Assembly: GCA_951406725.2 (NCBI GenBank)
Contig: OX597825.1
Span: 23,126,001-23,190,000 of the forward strand
Origin: Octopus vulgaris
Taxonomy: Eukaryota
Direction: 5' to 3'
DNA: 64,000 nt
Shown here: piece by piece, positions 13,481-28,080 of the stretch
Numbering within the stretch: position 1 is the first letter of the stretch
Layout: the number at the start of each line of letters is the position of its first letter
The notes under the pieces: model-generated
Databases searched by the model: none
What the model was told of the DNA's origin: nothing
The model's input: only the letters and a program-made list of their open reading frames with translations
Position numbers and translations under genes: made by a program

Positions 13481-14936
13481 AATGGAAAGGGGAGACAAAC
13501 GCTCGAGATGTTATTTAAATAAATCATTTATATCACTATGTCACCGACATACGTTTCGATAGATGTATTAACATAAAACTGAGAGGAAGAATAATGTGGA
13601 AAAATGCATCAATCTCATCTCGGAGGATATAAACAACAGAGTTCATCAATAAGTCATTTTTGCAGATATAACAAACTACAATATATAACATATAATGTAT
13701 GTGTGTGTAGAAAACAAATGTGGAGAGGGAACGCTAGTAGTTTTAAAATACCGTTAAGAAATTTGACGTCAAAGGACTAGAGAAGAAGAAAAGGAAGAGG
13801 GAAAGAAAGAAAGAGAGTTAAAGGAGAAATCGTGGTATAAACAAATGGAAAATGAATGATAGATAGATAGGTAGAAAAGATGAGGGAAATAATGAGAAGT
13901 ATGGGATGAAAGAATAGAGTCTAAGTTGCAGATATTATTAGATAAAGGGGCAGATATTATTTGAAATAACCGAAAGAGTGTTTTATCCAATGCAAACACA
14001 TATAAACACGTTCTTTATAGGTGTTGACCGGTGGCTGTTTGGAAGAAAAAAAGGATAAATATTTGTTCGTCCGTACAAAGAGAACAGAAGGATTGGCCTT
14101 GCATATATTTGTTTATTGTTCATACATATTTCTGATATTGCTAACATGTATTGCTTATAATATTGCTGTATAGTATACATCTATGAGTTCTAAGTAGTGT
14201 TGTTTGCATTAGCCATATCTCAAAAATTTCACTTCACTTTCATGAAAGCCAGCGATAAGAACCAGATAATTTTGCACTGGTATATCTTTTGAAAGGATAA
14301 CATTCCTAACACTCATGATTCGAGGATATTATAGCGTGATCATATAAAGCCAATGCTATCATATTTCTAATAACTACTGAGTATTCACGCATTATTTTAA
14401 TTCATGCTGCTATTCTTAGTCACGGTTAGAGTTAGGGTTAATGTGCTGTATAGCGCTTGATTTTTGTTTGTTTTGTTTTTTTCTTCAAGTTGTTTTGTTT
14501 TTTCTTGTCTGTTTCTAAAAAATTTTTAAATGTCACTATGAACAAAAGATCTTTTACGAGGTCACTCGTCCTGCTAAACATGACAGATGGATCCCCTTCA
14601 AACTAGTTCCTATTTTCTTAAATACATTAGATATTAAATACATTAGACATTGTACTGGTAAAAGAGCAACAAAGATATTCAAGTCTTTAATCATAAGCTC
14701 TACTCGATTCGTGCTGATCTGGCTTTAAAAAAATAGCAATAAAACAAAACTACTTCGAACTCGACCGCCGTTAACAACATCAATACCAAGAATAGGGTTA
14801 CATATAGAAGAATAACAAAACCAGAAACAACAACAGGAGTGAGAAGACCACAAGAACAAGGCGAGAATAACAACGCCAAAGCCAACACCATCAGAAACAT
14901 CCATAGCATCAACAATACGAATAACAGCAGCACCAG

Positions 14937-15316
14937 TGGGGGGCGCAATGGCCAAGTGGTTAGGGCAGCGGACTCGCGGTCGTAGGAACGCGGTTTCGAC
15001 TCCCAGACCGGACATTTTGAATGTTTATTGAACAAAAACACCTAAGCTCCACGACGCTCCGGCAGGGGGTGGTGGCGACCCCTGTTGTACTCTTTCGCCC
15101 CAACTTTCTCTCATTCTTTCTTCCTGTTTCTTTTACCCGATTTCCTACGCAACCGCTGAGCCTGGATGCGCATTCATCCATCCGTCGATGCTCTCGGTGT
15201 CGGGGGTTGACCTGCTTTCTCTTCTGCGAGTCTTACGAATAGCAAAGGACCACGTTTCGGACCGCTCGGACTGGGCCGCTCAACAGCGCTCAACAGCAGC
15301 AACAGCAACAACAACA
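14937..15316 (+). mobile_element. SINE family A with alternative tail ending (CAA)n
   Basis: Head matches 5553 up to ...cttcctgtttc, then unrelated 3' region. Confidence 0.85.
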
Positions 15317-15469
15317 GGACAAAAATAAACGATACCAATCCAGTAGGAGCAACAACAGCATCAATAATTAGAATAAAAGTGACAACAGGAATAGCACCAG
15401 AAACAATCATCATCATCAACAACAGAAACAACATCAACAATAAGAGCAACATTAAGTGTTTCTATTATA

Positions 15470-15650
15470 GGTACAGCGACCAGAAAATTTGAGGGTAGGA
15501 GCTACTGGATCTCATCGACCCCAGAACTCGACTGGTACTTATTTTATCGACCCCGAAAGGATAAAAGACAAAGTCGACCTTGGTAAGATTTGAACTCAGA
15601 ACTCAGAACGGATGAAATGCCGTTAAGCGTTTTGTACTCTGCCAGCTTGC
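15470..15650 (-). mobile_element. SINE family B, old copy
   Basis: actggtacttattttatcgaccccgaaaggataaaagacaaagtcgacc. Confidence 0.75.
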
Positions 15651-16119
15651 AACGATGATACCAAGAAAAATAATACAGTCAAGGACAGTGACAATAGGAA
15701 ACAGTAGGAGAAACAACAAATGGGACAATATCATAAGCAACTGCATCAACAACAACAATTTTAACATCATTAACCAGCCTTAAATATAACAACAGGAATA
15801 ACAACAACGCCAATAAAACGAATATGGACTGTTGTAGTAAATACAATAGCAATGATAGGAAAAAGAATGAAATTTCAGAAGCAAAATGGAGAGGAGTATG
15901 GGAAGGAGAATAAAATCTACAATATGGGAATACAAAATAAGAGCAACGATAAAAACAAAAATAAAAGTATTGAGTCCTACGTTGCCACCGCCAATGCTAA
16001 GAGGGAAGTAAATAGCATCACCAGCGGTAACAATGCAAACGCCATCATCGGCAGCAAGAGCAGAATCATCGTGGATAACGACGTCGTCATAAATAATGGT
16101 AACAGTGACAAAATAATAA

Positions 16120-16850
16120 TAACAACATCAATGGTAGACAATAAGAACAACGGAATTAACAAAAACAAAAACAAACAGTAATAGAATAGAAACACTAACT
16201 ATAAGAAATTGAAGCCGAATTAACAAGGACATCGGCAAAGCAACAATAATATCAACATCAATAATAAACAATAATAACAGCAATGAGAAAGAACAACATC
16301 AATGGTAGACAATAACAACACCAAGAGAAATAGCGATAGCAAAAACAACAGATACGGGAACAATAACAACAAAAAATGGAAGACGAATTAACAAGGACAT
16401 CAACAAAGCAATAATAATAATATTAACATCAATAATAAATAATAACAACAGGAATGAGAAACAACAACATCAATGGTAGACAATAACAACACCAACAGAA
16501 CTTACGAAAGCAAAAGAAACAGATACGGAAACAATAACAAAAAATGGAAGACGAATTAACAAGGACATCAACAAAACAATAATAATAACAATAATAATAA
16601 CATCAATAATAAACAATAACAACAGGAATGAGAAACAACAACATCAGTGGTAGACAATAACAACACCAAGAGAACTAACGAAAGCAAAAACAACAGATAT
16701 GGGAACAATAACAACAAGAAATGGAAGAAGATTTAACAAGGACATCAACAAAGCAACAATAATAATACTAATATCAATAATAAACAATAACAACACCAAT
16801 GAGAAACAACAACAAAAGTAACAATATTAATGGTGAACAATAACAACTTC
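16120..16850. repeat. AAC-rich minisatellite, ~172-bp unit, ~4 copies
   Basis: caacatcaatggtagacaataa recurs at ~16122, 16295, 16466 and 16639. Confidence 0.85.
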
Positions 16851-17244
16851 AACAATATGAATAACAACGGCAAAACATCAGCAACAACCAACGACAAAAC
16901 GAAGAGCTGAAACAAGAAATAGAAAAAACATGAACAAGAACAAAAAGAATGCTAACGACACTAACGCCACTGTCGGCACCACCACCGATAATACCAGCAA
17001 TAACAACAACAGTAACAACAACAATAAGTGTATTAAGGCATCAACTTGGAAGTAATTCCAATCCGTGACAATGAAAGAGTTGTAATAAAATCGAAGCGAG
17101 AGAAAGAAATGTGACTTTAATGAAAGACTGTTTGAGATTTAATTTTAGATTTAAAATGAAATGTCAACGTCAGCTAGAATTTAATAGAGGAAACGGATAC
17201 ATATTGACGCTAGTGTTCTTCTAATCATCCTGTGTGTGTGTGTA

Positions 17245-17287
<43 letters not shown>

Positions 17288-19425
17288 ATGTGTATGTAGT
17301 TAGCTACATACGCAGATAAATAGATAAAAGTGTGTATACGTTATATATATATTAATACAAATATATGTGAATATATACGTGTGGATGCCTGTGTGCGTGT
17401 GTGTGTGTGTGTGTGTGTTTATTGGAAATAGAATTGAAAACTTGAGTTTGTATATATAAATATGTATATGTGTGTGTGTGTGTCTGTATGAGTGTGTATG
17501 TGTGTGAGCGCGTGAGTATTTGCGTATACCCTTCTACTAATTTGCATGAACAAAAACACAGAAACCCTTACATACCATACACAGACAAGGAAACATATAT
17601 GTACTCATATCTACATTAAATATATTCAGATCTAGACAATGATAGACCCCTTCGTCAATGTATGCGCAAGTATGCATGTATATATAGAGAGAGAGACAAA
17701 GTGAGGGGGAGAGTGAGGAGAGAGGGGGAAACAGACAAACGATAACAAACGATAAGGGATGTATTTATATGAAAACTTGTGTATGCATTTTACATAATGA
17801 AATCAGTTCATATTTTTGGAGCTCTTTCGAATAATCGATAATTTTCTGATTCAAAAATATATATAGTTTGTGAGCAGGTGCAATACCCAGGCTTAAACTA
17901 TCATTTTATCAACTTATTCTTTATATATAGAGATGTGTATGTGTGTTTGCGTTTGTGTACACACATATATATTACATAATTAACGAGTGTACTGAACGAC
18001 GGGAAATAATTCAAGTGGGCTAATGGTTAAATTTGGATAAATATGTTATGAGGTTACGTAATCGAATGTCGTATGCTTACAGATTCTCAATTAGTTGAAA
18101 ATTTGCTATTAAGTCTGAACAACAAAACAGAACTTACTGAGGCGGCAGAATAACACCGAAACGTGCCTGTAACTATGTTATTACCTACTAAGAAAGATCC
18201 CATTTTCTTCTATTTCTCAATTTATTTCATAAAATTAAGTACTTTGCTAATATCCTGAAATTATGTCCACTTCTTGCTTGAGAACTAGTAGCAAATACCA
18301 TTAGGCTTTGGCTTTCTTTCCTTAACTCAAAGGTAAATTTCAATTAATTGAAATACTTTTTTGTACATCATTCAGTGCATCCCTTCTGGATTCGCATACA
18401 CGGTCTCCGTTGGTCAAGATTCCAAGATTAACCATACATCTGCACATGTATACGCAGGCCTAGGGAAGACTTTGCGGAATAAGTCTAGTAGTTACCCATA
18501 CATGCAAGTGTCCTCTCTTCACGCCACCGATATTTATCCCAAAGAAACGCGGCTTAGGACCTGCGTCGGCGAAGGCTGGTTTCTTTCAGAACGCAAGAGT
18601 AGGAGCAGATAGTGCAAGGAATCTGGCCTGAACTGTTTATAGCCCCCACCAGTTCATAAATCTTTCTAAGTGGAAGGCCGTGTTGAACTGCAGAATTTGA
18701 ACACTGATCGCAGAATCGAAACAATATCTACGAAACATTCTATGCAGTTCATCGAAATATATTCATAAGCTCTTAAACTCTTCTTGTGTGTGCGTGTGAA
18801 AGTCTGCAACCGTTTTAGTTAGCATGTGTGAATGCATTGATGCTTTTGGGAGGAAGCGTGCATGTGAATGACTTTTTCTGTGTTCCCAAAGTGGATTTTG
18901 AAGTCTAGCAGCGTATAAGTGGATGTGTAACCCATAAATTCCATTGCGCTTTTATTCTCATGGTGAATGTCTGTTTAAAATGAAGTTGGGCGAAAAGTGA
19001 AATAAAATTTACGCACTTGCCTTGAAATGCCGTTTTGTATTACAATTAATGATTTGAATACAGTAACAATGCAATTTTATACAATAGTGGGGTGCTGCTG
19101 TCGGAAACGTTTACGCTTACGGCTGTCTAAAATTCTCATAAAAAAAAAAGACAAGGAGTTAATATGGCTCCCTGATTACAATGCGAGGTAACTGATTTAC
19201 AGATTTAGCTATCGATACAGAGCAATGCCGAAAACCGAATAGAAACTTGGAAGTATTTTTCTATGCATTTCTGAATTAATTAGTCTACATTAATTATAAA
19301 TAAAAGGATCTAAGTAAAATAATAATATAGTTAAAAAGAAATACACAATACAAGTAAGGTCACATAATATATATATATATAAAAGTCTGAGTATATATAA
19401 TAAATGTGTGTGTACGTATGTATGT

Positions 19426-19916
19426 GGCGCAATGGCCCAGTGTTTAGGTCGTAGAATCGTGGTTTCGATTCCCAGACCGAGCATTGTGAGTGTTTATTGA
19501 GCGAAAAGACCTAAAGTTCCACGAGGCTCCGGCAGAGGGATTGGCGAACCCTGCTGTACTCTTTCACCAGAACTTTCTCTCACTCTTTCTTCCTGTTTCT
19601 GTTGTATCGGTATTTCAAAGAGCCAGCCTTGTCACACGCTGTGTCACGCTGAATCTCCCCGAGAACTACGTTAAGGGTACACGTGTCTGTGGAGTGCTCA
19701 GCCACTTGCACGTTAATAAATGAGCTGCGACGTCACTGGTGCCAAGCTGTATCGGACTTTGCCTTTCCCTTGGATAACATCGGTGGCGTGGAGAGGGAAG
19801 CTGGTATGCGTGGGCGACTGGTGGTCTTCCATAAAACAACCTTGCCCGGACTTGTGCCTGGGAGGGTAGCTTCCTAGTTGCAATCCCATGATCAGTCATG
19901 ACCGAAGGGGGTCACA
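19426..19916 (+). mobile_element. SINE family A with a third tail type
   Basis: Family A body to ...cacgttaat, then different tail ending gaccgaagggggtc; target-site duplication acgtatgtatgt. Confidence 0.85.
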
Positions 19917-20296
19917 ACGTATGTATGTATACACACAAACATACTCACTCACATACGCATATACGCATTTATATACGCCCAGACATATACAAATATAGAT
20001 ACACATACATTCGCACTTAAGTATACGTTTATATGCATGTATAAATATACATACATACGCACGTACACAAACACACAAGCGCACATACACAAACACATAC
20101 AGACACATATGTGATAAATAAAGATAAAAAGTAATAGATTCTTTACTTTTATGACTGTTACGTAATAAAACCCAAAACGACAAAATATATTCGCTTACAC
20201 ACGCACACACACACACACACACATATAGATAGATAGATGTATACATACGCACATATATATATACAAACGTACATAATATATAAATAGAAAAATAGT

Positions 20297-20383
<87 letters not shown>

Positions 20384-20397
20384 ACAGACAGATAGAC

Positions 20398-20431
<34 letters not shown>

Positions 20432-20491
20432 ATGGATTGATAGGTAGGTAGGTTGGTAGGGAGGTAGCTATATATATATATATATATTATA

Positions 20492-20543
<52 letters not shown>

Positions 20544-20546
<3 letters not shown>

Positions 20547-20674
20547 GGTGTCCCAAAAAAATGTATACACATAGTGGTTCGGCAAAAGAGAACGATAGAA
20601 TAAGTACTAGGCTTACAAAGGATAACAAATTTACAATTATTTAAGGTGTGTATACATTTTTGGGGGACACCCTG
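20544..20674. mobile_element. Tc1/mariner-type MITE
   Basis: TIRs CAGGGTGTCCC...GTATACAC / GTGTATAC...GGGACACCCTG with TA flanks; contains a SINE C fragment. Confidence 0.8.
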
Positions 20675-21492
20675 TATATATATATGTCTCTTTCTTTTGT
20701 TATCTTACCGTTTTTACCAATATATATATATGTGTGTGTATTTATGTATATGTATGTATACACATAAACAGATACATACATACATACATACATACATACA
20801 TACATACATACATACATACATACATACATACATACATACATACATACATACACACATAGGCATTTCCTTATATATAGCATAGATTTCCGGCAGCATTGGT
20901 CGAGCTCAAGTCTCAATTAGCACCAGATTCTTAAAACTCATATATAGTCTTCGTATCACTCTGCTCCTTTCTTTCCAAAATTTTGTCGATTCAGTCCCGC
21001 AGTCGTTCAGATACGAACTCCGCATATCCAAATTGTACTTTGCCTGTCCAGCAGTTAAAACTGTACTCATTCGATCATGGAACTACACAAATTCAATTCA
21101 TTTCATATATTTATGGTTCCTAACGTAATTTTTGAGGTGTTCTTATTGTAAAGCTTCATTGTCGTCTGCAAAGAATGTGCTGTCGTACAAGTTTCTCACA
21201 ATTTCAAGACGATGTACGTGATGGCGTGTTCATTGGAAGATTCGAGAATGTAAAATAGATTTAAAATCGTGATCTTTGTAGTTTCTAGAATATGTGTGTT
21301 TCTTTTGAATCTTAAGTTGCCTTTCCGCAATTTCTTGAGCATTTCCTTAATGTAAGAGTATGTGTGTGTGTGTGTGTGTATATACTTATACATATATTTG
21401 TATTTACAAGCATATGTATATACTTATACATATTTTTGTATTTATAAGCATATAGATACTATATATGTATATTATGTATAGAGACATAGGAG

Positions 21493-21625
<133 letters not shown>

Positions 21626-21626
21626 G

Positions 21627-21701
<75 letters not shown>

Positions 21702-21834
21702 GCAAACGTACATATATATACACGCATACATACATGCATACATAGACACGTACGTACATACATGCATACATACCTACGTAAGTACGTACATACATACATA
21801 CATTCATACATATATATATAGATAGACATGCATG

Positions 21835-21874
21835 ACGGTCTACGCAATTTTCGCCTTTGGCTAATCACGACTGT
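21835..21874 (-). ncRNA. Minimal HHR-like motif, G3.U8 variant
   Basis: Minus ACAGTC-GTGATTA-GCC-AAA-GGC-GAAA-ATTGCG-TA-GACCGT; helix I 5 of 6 paired. Confidence 0.5.
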
Positions 21875-22088
21875 AGATTAAAACGAATGTAATGTTTACA
21901 TCACGTATCCTATATATTCACGAGTATATATTACATCCATTATTAGATGATGTGTATATGAATATGTGTGTATGTGTGGAGGATAAGTAAGTGTATGTGT
22001 GTGGGGGGTAAGTAAGTGCATGTGTGTGTGTGCAGATACACACACACATACACACACACATATATGTATTTATATTATATATATTATA

Positions 22089-22132
<44 letters not shown>

Positions 22133-22479
22133 TATACAGAGATAGCTAAAGAGTGAGAGAGAGGGTGAGAGAGTAAGAGTGAGAATGAGGGAGAATTCTG
22201 GGCACGGTATGGCCAAATTAAGAATTACGAGTTCCCGCTCCAAATCCTTTGTGTAGAATGCGAAAGACATGAGTTAATTATAGCTTCTGGTCGACTTGGA
22301 CATATGGCTAAAACTGGAAAGACCAAAACTTCAAAGAAGCATCTTAGACGTATGTTACCTGTAATTCAAGATGCTAGTGTTGTAGCACACTGTGACACGC
22401 TGGTTCTGTCTCGACATGAAGTAACGTCTACAAGTCTCTGTAGAACAGCCAGTCACTGCAATGCTAACTCACGAAGCAT

Positions 22480-22581
<102 letters not shown>

Positions 22582-23458
22582 CGGATAGATAGATGCACAT
22601 CCACCCATGCAAACATACACATTTTATTTTTAACTTCCAGCTGAAGTTCGATATTAAAATGTATCGATTTCTCCGCTATTATCACTTTCTGCCAATACAC
22701 ATCTCCCTCTGACCCTTTACATTTCCCTCTTAAAATTCATTCTTGTCAATGTAATTAGTGTTCCCTTTACTTGTTTTATTTACTCTAATATCACATCACA
22801 CTTGTAAAATGAAGTCAGTTGATCTAGAAATTTCTATTGGCAGCAGCCAAACAAAATACAATTCACGCTGAATGAATCCCCCGTAGTGTCACTTACTTGA
22901 CAGAAGAGTTTCAGAACAGAGGAAGAGAAGTAGGGAAGTAAGGTGTGCTGTTGTGGATATTGTTGTTGTTGTTGCCAGTGGTGGAGGTGGTGGTGATGGT
23001 GGAGTAGTGGGTGATGGTGGTGGTGGTGGTGGTGGTGGTCCTGTTTGTTTGTAGAGGAATGATTAATTACTTTGGTGCTGCTGTTGTGAAAACAGTTGTA
23101 CTTTGGTGTGCACCGAAGTCTTCAAGAAGTGCCAGTAGTGATGTATTGCTGGAAAAAAACCCAGTAAAATCTTGTGGAGGTGCCCCCCCCCCCCCCCCCA
23201 CCAGAATATGGTGAGGAATATGTAGTCGTGGACTCGGATGCTACTGAACTGTTTAGGCGTTTACTACCCAACAATGAGTTTCTGAGTTCGATACACACAC
23301 ACACACACATATACATATACTTCAGCAATGTAACCACAAACTTGATGTTGGCGATTTCATGTATAAGTGCATTTGATGGTATCAAATGTAGTGGTATAGT
23401 TCATATTAGAAGTCTGGTTCTATATACAACGTTACAGTATTGCTAGGAAAACTATTCT

Positions 23459-23881
23459 TATTTCTTTATTGCCCACAAGGGACTAAACATAGAAGGAACA
23501 AACAAGGACGGGTGTAATCGGCAAATTAAGTCGATTACATCGACCCCAGTGCGTAACTGGTACTTAATTTATCGACCCAGAGAGGATGAAAGGTAAAGTC
23601 GACCTCGGCGGAATTTGAACTCAGAAAGTAACGGCAGACGAAATACTAATTTCTTTACAACCCACAAGGGGCTAAACACAGAGACGACAAACAATGATAG
23701 ACAAACGGATTAAGTCCATTATATCGACCCCAGTGCGTAACTGGTACTTATTTAATCGACCCCGAAAGGATGAAAGGCAAAGTTGACCTCGGCGGAATTT
23801 GAACTCAGAACGTAACGGCTGACGAAATACTGCTAAGCGCATTTCGCCCGGCCTGCTAACGTTTCTGCTAGCTCGCTGCCT
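23459..23881 (-). mobile_element. SINE family B dimer (one head, two bodies)
   Basis: Units rejoin at gacgaaatac|taatttc (~23645); diverged flanking duplication. Confidence 0.9.
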
Positions 23882-24740
23882 TAAGAAAACCTTTCTGATA
23901 TCCATTCCTTCTCTGACATGAAGTTTTGATCAAAGATTTATTGTTTCTAATATAGCCCCATATTGGAAAACAGAGTTGTTCCACCGCATGAACACTTGTC
24001 TTTGAAAGGTACTTTAAGCTATCTATCGGCAGCAGGGGCCTGAAAAGCAAATTTGGCCTCAGCAGTATTTGAACTCAGAAAGTGGAACGCTGTTAAACAA
24101 TGCCATATAATTATCAGTAATACGGTTCCTAATTTAGGGACGAGGCCAGAAATTTAGTGGAAAGGAGAATATTCGACCCCACTGTGTGACAGGTACTTTA
24201 TTTTATCGAACACGAAAGAAAAAAAGGCAAAGTTGATCCTGGCGGGATTTGATCTCAAAATGCAAAGATTCAGAGACAATATGGCAAAGCGGATTTTCCT
24301 AGTAGCGATTTTGCCAGCTTATTTTACATGCCTGTTTTATTTGAATCATCGAGAGAGTCCAATTACCAATTAAGATATATCCAGTTTTTGGGTTTATTTC
24401 GTATAATTTGGACCGAAACAGCTGGGTAGAAACGATTTCTATTTGTGTAATGCCAACTCAATTTAAAACCACAGCTAAAATTTAACGTGACAAAAACTCA
24501 CGTTAGTTGCTTAAAACTAGATGACACAACTCTAGAAAATGAGAATTAAATATCATAACTATAGATATTAGAAAGTGCAAATAATTGTCACGGATCCCAA
24601 ATTATTCTATATTTGATCTTTCCCTATTAAGAAACTGTTGGATTTGAATATTTCCAAAACTCTATTCATCATATTCCTCAAATGATATAAAGCCATCCGC
24701 CGCTTAGCTTAATGATAATAGATATCCATCATACGAGTTT

Positions 24741-24971
24741 GTTTCTTTATAACCCACAAGGGGCTAAATATAGAGGATACAAACAAGGACAGACAAACGG
24801 ATTAAGTCGATTACATCGACCCCAGTGCGTAACTGGTACTTAATTTATCGACCCCGAAAGGATGAAAGGCAAAGTCGACCTCGGCAGGATTTGAACTCAG
24901 AACGTAACAGCAAACGAAATACGGCTACGCATTTCGCCCGGCGTGCTAACGGTTCTGCCAGCTCGCCGCCT
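24741..24971 (-). mobile_element. SINE family B monomer
   Basis: Full head GGCGGCGAGCTGGCAGAA on minus strand, B box GAGTTCAAATCC. Confidence 0.9.
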
Positions 24972-25144
24972 TATATCAATCAAACGAGTTATTTATCCCA
25001 CAGAGTTCACGAATCAACAACACGCAATTTGCAAAAACGTTTCTTTCAACAAAGAGATTTGTTCAAAAACGCGAACTTGTAACAAACCTGCTGTCGAAGC
25101 TGGAAACCAAGACTCGATTCACCGGAAGATTATGAGCAACATTG

Positions 25145-25527
25145 TGGAGGCGCAATGGCCCAGTGGTAAGGGCAGCGGACTCGCGGTCATAGGATCGCGG
25201 TTTCGATTCCCAGATAGGGCGTTGTGAGTGTTTATTGAGCGAAAACACCTAAAGCTCCACGACGCTCCGGCAGGGGATGGTGGTGATCCCTGCTGTACTC
25301 TTTCACCACAACTTTCTCTCACTCTTACTTCCTGTTTCTGTTGTACCTGTATTTCAAGGGGCCGGCCTTGTCACTCTCTGTGTCACGCTGAATATCCCCG
25401 AGAACTACGTTAAGGGTACACGTGTCTGTGGAATGCTCAGCCACTTACACGTTAATTTCACGATCAGGCTGTTCCGTTGATTCGGATCAACCGGAACCCT
25501 CGTCGTCGTAACCGACGGAGTGCTTCC
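25145..25527 (+). mobile_element. SINE family A, full length
   Basis: Perfect 13-bp target-site duplication atgagcaacattg (25132-25144 and 25528-25540). Confidence 0.95.
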
Positions 25528-26123
25528 ATGAGCAACATTGATGCATAAAACTTTTCATTACAGCACTGAGAATTAACTCTTCATTTGTCGCTGACCTACT
25601 CAGCTGTTTTATAATGAGTCAACAATGGATGGCTCCACATGAACTGTGCTTGGTGTTCGAGAAACTAAAACATAAATATACAGCTGATAAATTAATAGAA
25701 ATTGTTCAAGATGCTTGAAAGATTCGATCAATATCTAGCAAACAGAACCATGGAAACAAAAGATTATAATATAAGAAACATCCATTCTATTGGCAGCACT
25801 TCTTTTTACGAATATTATTCTTATCCGTGTTCGTTTTATGACTTTATGCCATCTATACGTTTCTTCTGGTAACACCCACGTCGAACAATAACAGCTAATG
25901 AGATGGCCATCCAACACACGTTTGCTCAGTAGTAATATACATGTCAATGAGAATAAAAAGAAACAATAATTGAAGGATTCGAAAAAAACACATTTCCAAA
26001 TCATCCAAGAATACTAGTGAAAGATTTTTCCAATATAACTATACAAAAGATTTCCTGCAACGTTAACATTCAGTTATAGAAAATGCAGTGTCACTACTAT
26101 TAATTCATATTTATGTTATAAAC

Positions 26124-26247
<124 letters not shown>

Positions 26248-26303
26248 ATATAATAATATATATATATATATACACATATATATATACATATAAATATATA
26301 TAG

Positions 26304-26348
<45 letters not shown>

Positions 26349-26359
26349 TATATATATAC

Positions 26360-26433
<74 letters not shown>

Positions 26434-26508
26434 ATATATATATATATACATATATAAATGTAGTTTGCATAGCACTAACAAATCCATGCAATCACACATA
26501 ATATTATG

Positions 26509-26560
<52 letters not shown>

Positions 26561-26982
26561 TATGAGTATGTATATATACAGAGAGTGAGTGAGAGAGAGA
26601 GAGAGAGAGAGAAAGAAAGAAAGAGAAACATACATAAATACGTGCATACATATAAGCATATATGCTGGCAGAAGGGATGGAAGAGTATTTTGCTAAAACT
26701 TAAATAGCAAAGGTTTTTTAAATAATGTTACGATGTATAAAGTATGCCTAAACCAAATGCAAAAACATCCTACCGTAGTTGTAATTATTTCTACTTTCTC
26801 TGTCCTAGGCCGTGTATGTATCCGTTTTATATAAGGTACACACACACAAACACACACACAGACGCACAAACACACACACGCACAAACACACACGCATGCA
26901 TACACGCACACACACGCACACATAAGTATACCTATGTATACATATATAAAAATGTATGCTTACATATAGGGATGCATTATAT

Positions 26983-27040
<58 letters not shown>

Positions 27041-27094
27041 TATACATACATACATATACATATACATATATATATACATACATATGTGTGTATA

Positions 27095-27250
27095 TTTATT
27101 TTCTCTCCTTGTTTTTTTCTGTGTTCCTTTCTGTGGAAGAGCGTAGGCTCGAAATGTTAAAAACTTTTTTAATTTCCGAGCGTTATACTATTACATCTCT
27201 TTGTTGTATACACGACCTGTCTTCGTCTTTTGTGTTTTTTTGTGAATTCT

Positions 27251-27253
<3 letters not shown>
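27095..27253 (+). mobile_element. HHR element family H1, copy
   Basis: CTTT-CTGTGGA-A-GAGC-GTAG-GCTC-GAAA-TG-TT-AAAA at 27127-27162; ends gaattctccc(TA)n. Confidence 0.7.
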
Positions 27254-27319
<66 letters not shown>

Positions 27320-27505
27320 CTTGGTTTATATATATATATATATATGTATGTATATGTGTATGCTTGTATGTATGCATGTATGTATGTGTGCATGTAGGTA
27401 TGTAAGTATGTATGTCTGCTTGTATGTGTTAATATATGTATATCTGTATATGTTTATGCCTATGTGTGTAAATTTATACATGTACTGTATTCATATAATA
27501 CATGT

Positions 27506-27544
<39 letters not shown>

Positions 27545-27631
27545 TGTGTGGGCACACGCACGCACACACACGCACATACGCACATATACATACATACATA
27601 CATACATACATACATACAAGCAAATAGGTAG

Positions 27632-27706
<75 letters not shown>

Positions 27707-28080
27707 TTGAAAAGAACGACACATGAAGAGAGTTTGACATAGGCGGTATTAGTTTAACTTTTAAAATAATGAGTCGTAACACTTTAAGCAAAACACAAAA
27801 GCATAATAAAAATGGGGAAAAGAAATGATCTTTGTAAAATAAAAAACAACAAAGCATATAGGAAGGAGAGTTTAATATCGGAAGCGAGAACAGTAGGCGT
27901 GGTGCGCGTGTTTTTGAAAAGTGCATATACATACGTATATACGTATATATATATATGTATGTGTGTGCGTGTGTGTGTGTATGTATATAAATGCATATGC
28001 ATATAAACACATATATATATATATGCACACACATATATATACATATAGAAGGTAGAAAAGTAATGCATGAGTTGATATGT

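Noticed and set aside
15852-16181. 109-aa Asn/Lys-rich ORF
   Set aside because: Product of the AAC-rich low-complexity field
18134-18172. HHR-like CTGAGGC-GG...CC-GAAAC...GTA
   Set aside because: A9 altered and no convincing helix I; may be a decayed member but not counted
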